A stretch of DNA of 64,000 bases from Camelus dromedarius (Eukaryota), in assembly GCF_036321535.1 (NCBI RefSeq), contig NC_087436.1, positions 106,766,001-106,830,000 on the forward strand, in the 5' to 3' direction. Under the pieces are notes generated by a model that saw only the letters and a program-made list of their open reading frames with translations, ran no database searches and was not told the DNA's origin. The position numbers and the translations under genes were made by a program. Positions 1-11,716 of this stretch are shown one piece after another (within the stretch, counting starts at the first letter, position 1; the number at the start of each line of letters is the position of its first letter).

Positions 1-99
1 GCAGCAGTAAGTTAGAGAGAGAAGGAGGGGTATTTCCAGCAGCAGAAGCAGCGTGTGAGAGGAGAACTAAAAGCAGTCGAATTTGTTTGGGTCAGAGTG

Positions 100-1290
100 T
101 AGGGTGGTGGGAGATGAAAGGAACCATGTCCTGAAGTATCTGGCATGCCACTCTTAGGTTTTGGAATTTTGCCCTGAAGCCATGGAAAGCTGGAGCTTGA
201 GTATCAGACAGACCTGCAGTGTATATAACAGTACTTTGAAAGTTCAGTGAAAAAAAGGTATGAAAGATGGGGGAACCCAGCACGGCCAGGATTAAGAAAA
301 TGAATTAGCCGGATGAAATAGGAATATAATCATGGTTCAACTAGGTAGTGGTAATACAAGGGTAGAATTGATAAGATTGAAGATCTGTAAGAAGACAAAG
401 TTTTGTTTGAACTTGCTGAAGAAATTGAAAAAAAAATTTTTTTAAGTCAAAGATAAGGCCCTGACTTCTAGCCTGGATGTCAGTGGGGATTTGAGAGCAA
501 TCAACATTGAGCGTTCACCATATGCGATATTAGAACAAGCGTTTTATGTGTATTATTTCCCTTAATCATCTCTACATTCCTTTAAGTCTGGTTTATAATT
601 TCTTTTTTCTTTAAGTTGAAGATCCTGACAACTCAGAGTGATTTCACAACTTGCCAGTTTTGAAACATTCACTGAGCTAGAAAACACAAGAGGAACAATA
701 GTTGTTTGGGGAATGGAAGAGGAGTTGAATTTTGGACAAGCTGACCTTAAGTCATACCTTACGGAAGACTGAGAGCTGCACACATAGGCCATGACCACTG
801 CACTCAGGAGTTCTGCTGAGTCCTGGATCTGCAAGTATGCAGCTGTATCTGCATGTCTGGAGCTCAGCATAAAGCACCAAGCTATGGATTTTAAATTTGG
901 AACATCAAGTTATAGTCTCTGAAAAACAAAAGGCACTCAGTAAATGTTTATGAGTCAAATTGATGATAATTGAAGCCTTAAGAATGAGTAAGAGCATTCC
1001 AGGAGTGTGTGTAGAGAAGAGGGTTATATTACAAATGCATTTCAAGACTGGGCAATTGAAGGAACACCATGAAAAAGACGATGAAGATTTAGCCAGAGCT
1101 CTAGGGTGAAAACCAAGAGGGTTGTGTCTCAGAAATCAAAGGATGAGAAGGTTTCAGAAGGAGAATCCTGCCACCAGGGTCAAATGTTACCAAAAGTCAA
1201 GGAAGAAAACTTGGAAAGGCGACATGGGATTTAGCTGCAAGGAAGTCTAAGAAGAGTTTTGATGCATGGAGAGGGATGAGAATTAAGCAG
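100..1290 (-). mobile_element. L2 LINE fragments (ancient, decayed)
   Basis: Purine-rich + strand with L2-like segment GGAGTTGAATTTTGGACAAGCTGACCTTAAG at 721 (reverse strand resembles the L2 ORF2 LKLNMSKTEL region); boundaries approximate. Confidence 0.6.
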
Positions 1291-2404
1291 GGGTGGTAGA
1301 ATCTACATGTTGGGGGCTTGTTAGGAGTCAGCATTTTTCACTTCTTTCTGATCTCAAATGAATATAGAGTCTTACCACTTGGAAATCTGTCAAATCAGGG
1401 CACCGGTATTCTATCACAGTAGAAATTTGCCAGATAATCTCACTGTTTGAATTTAAATTTGGACTTTGTTACAATTACATAATTTCAGACTCTTTAATGT
1501 CCGTATATTTGAAAAACGGGATCACAGAAACATGCCATTTGAAAGCCCCAGCAATTTGAATAGTCTGACGTCATTGTCTTCAAAAGACATTGAAGTTCAG
1601 GGTTCTTTCCCAACTATTGTGCCACTAGACTGGTGCCATTTGCTCTCTTCCACGTTGCCTTACTAGGTTCAAATGTTTGTTGTATTGAAACATTATTCAA
1701 GGAAAACTCTATCTTTCTAGAAATAATCTGAGAATAAACAACTTTTGAAAAACATGCCCAGAAGCACAAAACAAAGGGAAGACCCCCAGTTTTGGAAACC
1801 ACACACTACATGACACCACCTTGATGCCATATAGACATTAGGGGTCAGAGAAGCAGCTCTACCCCAGGTTCTGCTAAATGGCTCGCTTGGATATATTTTC
1901 CCTTCCCCAGTTTTTTGCTAGCAATAAGTAAAGACTTAAGGTTTTCTGTTCACTCAATGAACAAATAATTAACAGTTCACTTTCATAATTAAAAAGCTTT
2001 ACACTGATAAAAAGACACAGATGGTTGAGCAGTTTTACTAGTTACTCTCACAGGAAGTCATCACGTTTATCCATCATCCCCTTTGAGATGGATACAGCAT
2101 ATAGGCTTATGTAACCCAGATATGACTAAGGCCTCAATCCTGAAGGTAAAGTTTGGCCTCCAGACCGAATGAACTATGACTTGGTCTCTGATTCCTATCA
2201 GTCTCAGTCTTAGTGAATCCAGGAACTCAAGGCAGCTAACAAATTAACTCTTCTAATTAGACTTGGAAAGCTGGTGACTCTAGCTTCCTTCCTATATTTT
2301 ACTAACAACGACACTGGCAATATGTAGAATTTCTAAATTTTTATCTTTTTATCCTTCTATTATCTCATCTTTTCCACAACTTAGTGACACATGGATAAAA
2401 GAGG

Positions 2405-2510
2405 TTATTTTCCTCTGCAATAGATAAAGAGATAAGTTGAGAAAGATTAAGAGTTGTGTTCAAAGTCACACAGTTGATAAGTGGAAAAACCAAATTTATA
2501 ATCCATCTCT
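2405..2510 (-). mobile_element. MIR SINE core fragment
   Basis: GAGAAAGATTAAGAGTTGTGTTCAAAGTCACACAGTTGATAAGTGG resembles the reverse MIR core. Confidence 0.65.
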
Positions 2511-2624
2511 CCTAATCCTCTGAAGTGGATCAGTCAGGTACCCATTAGAAAGAAGCATGGCTAAGAGAACAGAATTCTTTATGATGATTTTCAGAGGAAA
2601 TCTTTTTTCTCTTATGGGGAAGAT

Positions 2625-3275
2625 AAAAGATGAACATACATTCTTTGCAACTCCTGGCATGGAGAGGTGGAGTCTACTAACTTCCTCCCCGTGAACCTGG
2701 GATGCCTTTAGTAACTTGCTTGCTCAGTGGAATGTGGTGAAAGTGATATTCTGAACTTTTTAGGCTAAGTCATAAGAACCTGTGCAGGTTCCGTCCATGC
2801 CTCTTGGAAAGCTCACCCTGGGAGAAGCCAATTGCCAAGGAAGAAGTCCTGAAAAAGCCGTTCTTTAGGGAAGTTCAAGATAGCGATGGAAAGACTGCAT
2901 GTATGGAGAGAGACGGATGACTTGCCAGCCCATTTTGTCTCAGTCATCCCGACCCAGGGACCAGATTTCTGAATTATGAAACCATCTTGAATATTCTAGT
3001 GCCAGAAGACACTATGTGGAGACACAATATATGTTCTTCAATGCACATTAAAACTGATAAAATGCAACTGATAAAATAGGCCCTTAACATATAGCCCTCA
3101 CTACGCTGTCCACTAAATCCAGCCACCTTGAGCCAGCCCTGTTGAGTCCCAGTCATTAGGGAGCCAGGATGAGACATTCCTTGTTTGAAATGTGGGCATT
3201 AAAAAGTGGATGTGATATGCAACTAAATTTTGAAGTATTTTTAATAGATAAAAATAGCAATAGATAATAGATGGA
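2625..3275 (+). mobile_element. MaLR solo LTR (MLT1F/G/H-like)
   Basis: GGAATGTGGTGAAAGTGATATTCTGAACTTTTTAGGCTAAGTCATAAGAA and 3' end TAGCAATAGATAA resemble the MLT1 consensus. Confidence 0.7.
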
Positions 3276-3699
3276 CAGAGTTAAATAAACATTAGGTAAA
3301 TAGGATATCTTAGGTAAAAGTCTTTGATGTCACAATGGAGTGCCCTTCAAAATTAGAATTGTTAGTCATGGAAATAGCACAGTAAAGTCCAGTTATCCAG
3401 AACGCTGGGAAAATAAGTCATTCTAGATAATGAAATGGTGTCCCTTGAAAAAACTGAGGTGATCAGTCTTTTAAATGATGATGATGATGATGATGATACT
3501 GTGTACTGATTGTCCAATATGAATAGTTATACATATAATCACTTATACATTAAAAATGCATCTTGAACACATACCAGGTGACAGACTGTATGCTAAGCAG
3601 TGTAAAAAAATTTGTACAATATAGACAGAAATAGCCCATGTTCCCCACAAAGGTTACAGATTAGTAGGGGAGGCAGAGATACTAAATAATTTTCCCAAA

Positions 3700-3762
3700 G
3701 TTTCGAAGAAGTTAAGTTATAGAGCCAGATTTCCAACTGATATCTGCCTGGCTCCAAAGTGC
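3700..3762 (-). mobile_element. MIR fragment
   Basis: AGAGCCAGATTTCCAACTGATATCTGCCTGGCTCCAAAG resembles the reverse MIR 5' part. Confidence 0.5.
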
Positions 3763-4039
3763 ATGGGAAGATATTTTGAAAGATGGTACAGCGGAGACCA
3801 ATGGCCTACTCTCAAGCTTTTGACTTTATCCTTCTTTCATTATTTTAAGTATTGTCACTCTGAAAAATAGTGCCTTGAAAAAATTATTTCTGTCTACAAT
3901 CTTCTGAAGAGACAGGCTGAGCTACACTGTGGAAATGAATTTTCCTTGTGTTTCTGCATGGTCATAGCTAGGATTTAATCAGCAAATCCAAGTGAAGCAA
4001 ACTGTTTGCAGTCATTTAAGATGGCATCAGTGATAATAA

Positions 4040-4130
4040 TAATGATTCCTGGTGCCTCTCATCTAAAGATTGTAAAAGACTTTACAAACATTAATTAAGC
4101 CTTACAGGATTTCAATGAGGTCATGAGGCA
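4040..4130 (-). mobile_element. Ancient CORE-SINE fragment (MIR1_Amn/MIR3-like)
   Basis: CATCTAAAGATTGTAAAAGACTTTACAAACATTAATTAAGCCTTACA resembles the reverse amniote MIR tail (CTCAAAGCGCTTTACAAACATTAATTAAGCCTCACA). Confidence 0.5.
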
Positions 4131-4359
4131 GTTTAATTACTGTAATATACTGAGACTTTAAATAAAGCAAAAGCAACTTCAGAATCACATTTTGAAGCAC
4201 TCCCCTTTGCTCTTGGTGGCATGGACCCAGGAGTTTGTGAAGGACTTTTTGTATCCATTCATTTATTTCAAGTTTTTAAGAGGTTGTGAAACCATAACAT
4301 ATCCCTTTTCACACATTGGAAGACACAGAAAAGTGACATTGTATATCTCATGGGGATCA

Positions 4360-4550
4360 ATTGATTAATAAACATGCATTTCACACTTAGGAAGTACCAA
4401 GCACTGCTACCCACTCAGCAGGATAGAGAATGTACCTGCCCTCAAAGTGCTCCCGAGTCAGTGGGACAATGTACAGATAAGATACAGTGGGACTGGAATG
4501 TGCTAGATCTATGCATAAAGTATTATTCAAGCATATGAAAGCATGTCTAA
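4360..4550 (-). mobile_element. L2 3' end fragment
   Basis: GTACCAAGCACTGCT...CCTGCCCTCAAAGTGCTC is typical of the reverse L2 3' end. Confidence 0.55.
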
Positions 4551-4569
4551 CTCTGAAAAACAATAGCTA

Positions 4570-4800
4570 ACACTACACAGAATTTATTACATCCCACCCT
4601 TCCAAGACTCCACATATACTTAACTGCTTAATTTTCACAACAACTTGATATGTAGACACTTTCATTTTCCTAACTTTACAAACCAGGACACCAAGGTATA
4701 GAGAGCTTGAGCAACTGGCCCAAGCTCGACTATCTAGGATGCGACACAGGAGAGATTTTAGCCCAGGCGTTGTCTGCAGGGTCTATGCTCTTAACTGTTA
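4570..4800 (-). mobile_element. MIR SINE
   Basis: TTAATTTTCACAACAAC...TTTACAAACCAGGACACCAAGGTATAGAGAGCTTGAGCAACTGGCCCAAG resembles reverse MIR. Confidence 0.65.
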
Positions 4801-6010
4801 GATAGACTTGAGTGGGGTAAGAGGAGATTCTAAAGGAATAACAGAGAGAAGGAAGTAAAAATAAACATTTTGTACCTAGAAATAGTTCCTATAAACCAGG
4901 CTTGGATGATAGGCAGACTCCATTTTAAAAAGTCAGGAAGAAAAGACTTCTAATGTATTTCTGGGCAAAATCATCAAGGAAAACCAAACTTCTACTGTTG
5001 TTTTCAGTACCTTCCATTGTCTCTCAGTGGTAGTCTCAGCTCACAATTTCATGAGTTAATTGTGACCAATGTTGACCTTTACTCAGTAGCCCTGAAGCTC
5101 TGACCAAAGCACACTTTAACTCGGCCACACATGATCAGTAGATTGCCTTACGCTTATAGATTTAAGATATACTTTTCCAAAGTCTTGAGGCCAGCCTTTG
5201 CTACTTCTTAGACTTCAGTTCTTTAATGATTAAAAAAAGGAAAAATTGTCCACAGGACCAAACCTTTGTCCTCTTTTATCTTTGGTCCATCTCTTCCATT
5301 CCTTTCCTCCAGTCATGGACTCTGGCCCTGTTTCTCCTTTCACTACTCCAGGCTCAACAGAATACCAGAATACCTCCTACTTCCATTTCTCATGTGACCT
5401 GCCCACTTTGGCTTTCATGGATAATGCTGACGATCTGAAATGAGTTCCTCTTGAGGTTACTTTGCTCATTAACCTAGATGAAACTCAGTACCTTCCTGAC
5501 TGATCCAGCGGATCATCAGTTCCATGTGGCAAAGCATAGACCCTCTGCACATTACCTAGCCATAAAACAATAGGCAGGGTGTATTTTTAAACATTCAGAA
5601 GCAATGCACACTTCCCTTACGTTTTTTCCTGATGCTGCATGCTGACCTGAACCTGTTATTTCCGTATGTCGTGCCTGAGTTGGATGCTACAAATTCAAGA
5701 GAAATGGGGTGGTTGTATGAGAAAAGCAAAGAGATGTATTCACCCAACAATAATTTATTGAGTGACAACTGTATACAGGCACTAGACCAAATATGGAAGA
5801 TTTCAAGGAGCATATTAATTAGTGGAGGTGACAAGTAATTAAACCAGGTAATTTGACTGCAAGTGATATGCACTGAGCAATGAAGCTGTGGGAGTTTTTA
5901 AAGGGACCAACTTACCGAGTCTTAGTAGGTCAATAAATGATTCTGTAGAAAAACAATTTCTTACCTGAGGTGTTAATTGATCAATAGAACCTAGGTTGAT
6001 AGTGTGTTTC

Positions 6011-6026
6011 TGTGTGTGTGTGTGTA

Positions 6027-6079
<53 letters not shown>

Positions 6080-6081
6080 GC
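6011..6081. repeat. (TG)n microsatellite
   Basis: Directly visible near-perfect TG run. Confidence 0.97.
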
Positions 6082-6467
6082 ATGCACATGCATGTATATG
6101 GGCAGGGAGGTAGGAATGTGTTCCAGGCTGGAGAAAATAGCGTATGCAGAGTCCTATAGTTGAAGGAAATCATCAGGTAGTTTTAGTTGCAACATTTCTT
6201 ACAAAAGAGACTGTGGTGAGAAAGGACAGAGGTGCAAATTAAGGTAATAGCTTTGGAAATTTGGAGTAGGGATGAATTTAGGTGATTGAAATAATAACAG
6301 TTGATTGGATATGAGAGAACTGTTAAAAGTGACCTCTAAGTAGACCACTAGTGCAAGTAATTAGAATCATTCTCTCCAATGGTGTGATGGACACAGAAGG
6401 AGAACCAAGTTTTGAGGGGGTTCAAGCACATAACGAGTTCAGTATTAGAGATGAGAAATTTGAAATA

Positions 6468-7190
6468 GTATGGTAATTAGGAGAATGAGCTCTGGAACCA
6501 GATTGCCTGGTTTTGAATCCTGGCTCCACCATTAATTAGCTGTGTGACTTTGGGCAAATTATTTCCCTATTCCTCGATTTCTTTATCTTTAGAATGTCAT
6601 TAGATAATTGTGATGGTTAATTTCATGTGACAACTTGGCTGAGCCATGGTGCCCAGATACTTGATCAAACATTATTCTGTATATTTATGCGGTGGTATCT
6701 TGGTATTTTGGTTGAGCTTAACATTTAAATTGGTGAACTTTGAGTTAAGCAGAATGTACTCTGCTTTACTCAAAGTGTTGGTGGGCCTCATCCAACCAGT
6801 TGAAGGCCTGAATGAAACAAAAGACCAACTACTGAGAGCAAGAGAAAATTCTGCAGCAGATCACCTTTAGATCTGAATTGCTGCATCAGCTATTTTTTTG
6901 AGTCTCTAGCTGCTGGCCCACTCTGCAAATTTTGGACTTGCCAGTCTCCATTATAACATGAGCCAAAGTATATATATGTCGTGTGTAGATATATACATAT
7001 ATATGCACACACACACATACACACACATACACATATATACATAGTATATATTTATATATACACATAACCTATTGGATCTTTTTAATCTGGAAAACCCTGA
7101 CTAATGCAATAATAATAGTCCTGAATCCATAGAGTTACTACAAAAATTATATAATATATGTAAAAATTTCAGAATAGTACCTGGTACTCA
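6468..7190 (+). mobile_element. MIR SINE split by an MLT2 LTR
   Basis: GCTCTGGAACCAGATTGCCTGGTTTTGAATCCTGGCTCCACCATTAATTAGCTGTGTGACTTTGGGCAA (5' half, to 6608); tail ATAATAGTCCTGAATCCATAGAGTT...AGAATAGTACCTGGTAC resumes at 7109. Confidence 0.8.
6609..7108 (+). mobile_element. ERVL solo LTR (MLT2B/D-like)
   Basis: Starts TGTGATGGTTAATTTCATGTGACAACTTGGCTG, ends AACCCTGACTAATGCA; TG..CA termini; perfect 5-bp TSD ATAAT (6604-6608/7109-7113); internal AT/CA microsatellite. Confidence 0.92.
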
Positions 7191-7561
7191 AATACTAGAT
7201 ATTTTAGGGGTGTCTGTAGAGCATCAATTTAATGATGTTCAACATGTCTTTGCAAGCACTAGCGTGTATTTGCAGTTCATGGGTGTTGTGTAGGCTGAGA
7301 TAAATATTTGATGTTATTAGCATGTACATGATAAATGATGCAATTAGAGTAGATTGGATTATCCAGAGAGAAAAATGCTATGTGAGAAAGGCTCAGAGCA
7401 CAATCTTTAAGAAGCTAATATTTAAGAGATGGACAAAGAAAACTTTAAAGGAGAAACCAGAAAAGAGGAAAACCAGGAGTTTTTCACTAAAGCACTGAAA
7501 AAATAAACACACTTTTGGCGAGATTAAAGTTAGCCTAAGACATTGATTTAGCAACTATAAT

Positions 7562-7653
7562 TAGAGTGGGCATATGTCTGAGCTTACTGTGACCTCCCCG
7601 GGTTTACACCTGTTGTCCCAGTGTAGTTAGTAAGTACATTTTATGATCACCTA
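7562..7653 (+). mobile_element. hAT-Blackjack MITE (MER94/MER81-like)
   Basis: TAGAGTGGGCATATG...CCCGGGTTTACACCTGTTGTCCCAGTGTAGTT...ATGATCACCTA with degenerate (T)AGGGTGACCAT terminal inverted repeats. Confidence 0.65.
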
Positions 7654-7669
7654 GGAGTCAACCAGCGGA

Positions 7670-8009
7670 GTCAGCATGTGATTTGAAATGGCTCAATCAA
7701 ATTAAAGGGATGGAGTTTTTCTCACATACTTCCACCATATGTAAACAAGGAAGAATGTAATCAGGATGCTACTGACAACACTTTTGCTTTCAAGATGGAA
7801 ACAAGCCTGAAGGTAAAACAATGCTGAACATGACAGAACAGAGAGAGAGAATGTACCTGGTCTTTGCTAACATCTTTGAAGCTATGCTAGTAGGACATAG
7901 AACTTGACTTTTGGATGTAAGATATGAAATAATAAATTCCTTTTTTCTTTGAGGCATTTTGAATGGGACTATTCTGTAATTTGAAACCCAAACTACCCTG
8001 ACAGATACA
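7670..8009 (+). mobile_element. MaLR LTR fragment (MLT1J/K-like)
   Basis: 3' end ATAATAAATTCCTTTT...TTCTGTAATTTGAAACCCAAACTACCCTGACAGATACA. Confidence 0.6.
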
Positions 8010-9111
8010 GAAAGACTTAGTTCAGGAAACGCTAAGTAAGAATAGCCACACTGTAAGATAATTTAACAATTAACTGCCCCCCTTCACAAATACCTTCTAA
8101 GTAGGGAGAATCCCCCTTCACATAGCAGCTGGACAACACTTGGCTGAATATTGGAATGGGTTTGAGTAAGCAAATTTGGAGAAATAAGGTAGGGTGAGTG
8201 CAAATGCTCCAATAGTGTGAGAAGCCATGGGAGGAGTAGAATTCAGAAGAAGAGCAAATGGAGCCAAGGAATTCGGATGGTCCATAGAGGGGGGACAGCA
8301 GATGGAACCTCCAGCGGTGGCAAACAGTAGGAGGAGGAACTAGAGAGAATGAGTCTACTTGAGAATGAATTTTACATCTTCGAGGAGGGGGAACAATTTC
8401 CACCTCTGTCCCCTTTTATAAATTCTTCACCATATTCTCTATCCATGATTGATACTTTGGAAAGAAGTGGATTCTTCCTGGGAAATGCAAATGAGAGCCC
8501 TCAAATCTTTGATTAAAATTGGTCCAGAGTAAAAGCATGAGCTACATGTATCTGGATTATGTAAGAAAGTTGGCAAATCTCTAATTAAAATCCTTGGTTG
8601 ATATTGGAAACCAAAGTCTATACAATTTAGTTACTGAAGCCACAAACCTGGTAGCTGCTCTACTTGGGACTAGAACTCATGATGCTAGTCTGCCAGGTTA
8701 CTCTTTAATCATGCCTCAGGAGGGCGTGCTGCCAGTGACTCTCTGCAGAGTGGATCTGGGTCAGTGACAGGACAGGTTAAAACGGGAAAAAATATTTAAA
8801 GGTTTTAACTTTAAACCAGATGAAATCTACTACTATAAGAAATTTTTTTTTTAAATAAAAATGATTCCATAGGTTACAGGCCAGGTTGTGCCTTATCTTA
8901 GAAGGAAACTCTGTGTGATTCCCAAGGTGATAGCCAAGAAGCATCACTTCTTGAGCTAAGTTATTATTACCTCTGTCTATCATGATATCAGAAATATTGT
9001 GGCCCACTGCTCATCTTATCTCATCAAAAGCAAACTAAGGTTGGAAAATACAGGATACAATTGGAGAGATTAAATACATTTCCTTTACTATTAATCGAAG
9101 GCAGTTTTCTT

Positions 9112-9220
9112 CTTAGTGATGTAAGAGAAAGAACATGGGCTTGGAGACCGACTTATTCAAATCCCATTTTTACCACTTTTTGCTCACAACTGAGCTTTAG
9201 TTCCCTTATTTGGAGAATAA
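9112..9220 (+). mobile_element. MIR fragment
   Basis: GAAAGAACATGGGCTTGGAGAC...TTCAAATCCCATTTTTACCACTT. Confidence 0.55.
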
Positions 9221-10628
9221 CATAGAGTCCTTGCCTTCAAAGTGCTTACATTCCCCTACAAGGGTGAAACTGAGAAAAAAATAAACAAAGACTATAAGAA
9301 TTTTAGGGACAGATAAAAGTGTGGAAGAGATAAACTGGGGCTAACAGGAGAGAGAATGCAAAAGGGGTGTAGTGGTGCTTTACGAGAGATCAGGGAAGAG
9401 CCATCTACCACGCGATCATATTTGGAATATATTATTGAATAAAGGCCAAGTGACTTGGATATGGACTATGAAGAAGAGAGGAGAAGAAAAGTGAGACTGA
9501 CAGGTTTTTGAGTTAAGCAACTAAGTGGGAGTATCTTGAGTGACATAGAAAATATCTGTGAAAAATTAGATTTTGGGAGAAAACAACTAGTTTTATTTTG
9601 GTCATGTGGAATTTGAGATGCATTTTAAACATTCAAAGGAGATGATGAATAAGAAGTGGGTTGTATGGATCTGGATCCCTGGAGAACATCCTGTGACAGA
9701 CAGACCATTAGAAGGGTTACCACATTTAAAGTTATAGGACCGAGGAGATCACCAATGGAAGGACTGTTGGTAGGAAACACAGAGCTAAGGAGACAGCTCT
9801 GGATATTCCAGCATCTAAAGTAGTCATCGGCAAAGAGGCTGGGAAGAAGAGACCAGTAAAGTGAGAGAGAGAAAAACAAAACAAACAGTCAAGAATGGTA
9901 CCACAGTACCATTGAATCCCAGAGAAAAAGGGTATTCACGAGGGAGGGAGTGGTTAACTGAAGGTAAGCATGAGGAACTGAGTATCGCCTACAGTAGGAA
10001 GGAAAGTCAGTGATGTCCTTGATAAGATGACATTAGATTAAGAGGGGCTGAAGAGAGAGAGGGAGCTGAGGATATTCAGAGTGACTAGGAACAGCTCTTA
10101 AGGAGCTTTGGTGTGATAGGAAACAGAATCGAAAGGCAACAGGAAGATCTGGAGAAAAAAGGACATTATTTCGCTTTTGTTTTTGTAACCTTTTATTTTG
10201 GAATAATTTTAGATTTACAGAAAAATTGCAGAGATTGTTCTTGGAGATGGTGTTGATAAATGTTTTTTAGGGAAGAGGGATGAAGTGATACAATGTAAAA
10301 AAGAGATGATCACAGCATGAGTTCCTTGAGATAGTGATTCATGAGAAAGGAATCTGTGGTACGAGGCGAAGGCGTTGGTCTTAAACAGAAGCAGAGACAG
10401 AATGAAAGGCAGAGTGGGTACAGAGGATGGGGTGTTGGTAGACTCAACAGCACAAGGATGAGGCAGCTCTCTTTGGAGTATAAAGCACTGTCATCAGCTA
10501 AGGGTGAGGAGTAAAATATGTGCAAATTGTTTCCTAGGAGTGAGAGGGATTTTTCTTGTGAAGTACATCCAGTGTTAAATAGCCGCTTGAGATTTTTCAT
10601 GTGTTTGAAAAATAACCAATCAGCCAAA

Positions 10629-10652
10629 TGTGTGTGTGTGTGTGTGTGTGTG
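10629..10652. repeat. (TG)12 microsatellite
   Basis: Directly visible. Confidence 0.95.
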
Positions 10653-10732
10653 TTTTAACTGATAACATTTGTATGTGTTAGCAGAGAGTTCAGTTTGACC
10701 AATATAAAGCAGAATTGAGATTTTGAGAGGCC

Positions 10733-11716
10733 TGTGCAGACACACCCTAAATAGATCCCCTCAAAGTCATAGATATACAATACCCTCTTCTTGACTTCTC
10801 ACCAACAGAATATGAAAATGGTGAAGGGAATTTGCAGATTTCTAAGATCCCTAATTATTTGAATTTGAGTTAATCCAAGAGAGATTATCTTAGATAGGCC
10901 TCGCCTAGTCAGGTAAGGGTAAGTCTTTTAAAAGAGTGACCACGCCTTCCCTGAAGATAGAGAATTTAGACAGCAGAAACTCCCCCTTTTGTTGAATTTG
11001 AAGAAGGAAATTTCATGAAATCTATAGCCACAAGGAAAAGGAATTGTGCCAAAAACCTGAGGGAGCTTGGAAGTGAGTCCTTCTTTAGTGGAACCTCCTG
11101 AGAAGAACAGACTCTAGCTAGCTGACAACTTGATTTCAGCTGTATGATACCATGAGCATTGAATTCAGCTAACACCCAGATTGACTGATTGATTGATTGA
11201 TTGATTATTGAGGAATAGTTGATACACAATACTATATAAATTTTAGGTGTACAACAGTAATTCACAGTTTTGAAAGTTTTACTCCATTTATAGTTGTTAT
11301 AAATATTGGCTATATTCTGTGCTGTACAATATATCCTTGTAGTGTATTTATTTTATACATGGTAGCTTGTACTTCTTAATCCTCTACCCCAATCTTGCTC
11401 CTCCCCTATTCCCTCTTGCCACTGGTAACCACTACTTTGTTCTCTTTATCTGTGAGTCTGTTTCTTTTTTATTATATTCACTAGTTTGTTTTATTCTTTA
11501 GATTCCACATATAAGTGATATCACACAGTATTTGTCTTTCTCTGTCTGACTTACTTCACTTAGCATAATAACCCCAAGTCCATCCATGTTATTACAAATT
11601 CCTTTTTATGGCTGAGTAGTATTCCACTGTGTATGGAAAGTGTGAAATAATAAATGGATGTTGTTTTAAGTCACTACATTTACAGTAATTTGTTACACAG
11701 TATAGAAAAAAATATA
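10733..11716 (+). mobile_element. MaLR solo LTR (MLT1E-like) split by an L1 3' end
   Basis: GGGAATTTGCAGAT...TTTGAGTTAATCCAAGAGAGATTATC in the 5' part; 3' end GTGAAATAATAAATGGATGTTGTTTTAAGTCACTACATTTACAGTAATTTGTTACACAG resumes at about 11636. Confidence 0.8.
11179..11635 (-). mobile_element. 5'-truncated L1 3' end (artiodactyl-type)
   Basis: Reverse L1 3'UTR/ORF2 end (TTAGATTCCACATATAAGTGATATCACACAGTATTTGTCTTTCTCTGTCTGACTTACTTCACTTAGCATAAT); tail decayed to (GATT)n at about 11179-11204. Confidence 0.9.

Larger units (their letters stand above)
6100..7560 (-). mobile_element. L2 LINE, interrupted by MIR and MLT2
   Basis: L2-like segments at 6100-6465 (GAGTTCAGTATTAGAGATGAGAAATTTGA) resume at 7200-7560. 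Confidence 0.6.

Noticed and set aside
3380..3460. Short imperfect inverted repeat TTATCCAGAA/TTCTAGATAA resembling a Tigger-type end
   Set aside because: Too short and degenerate to assign.
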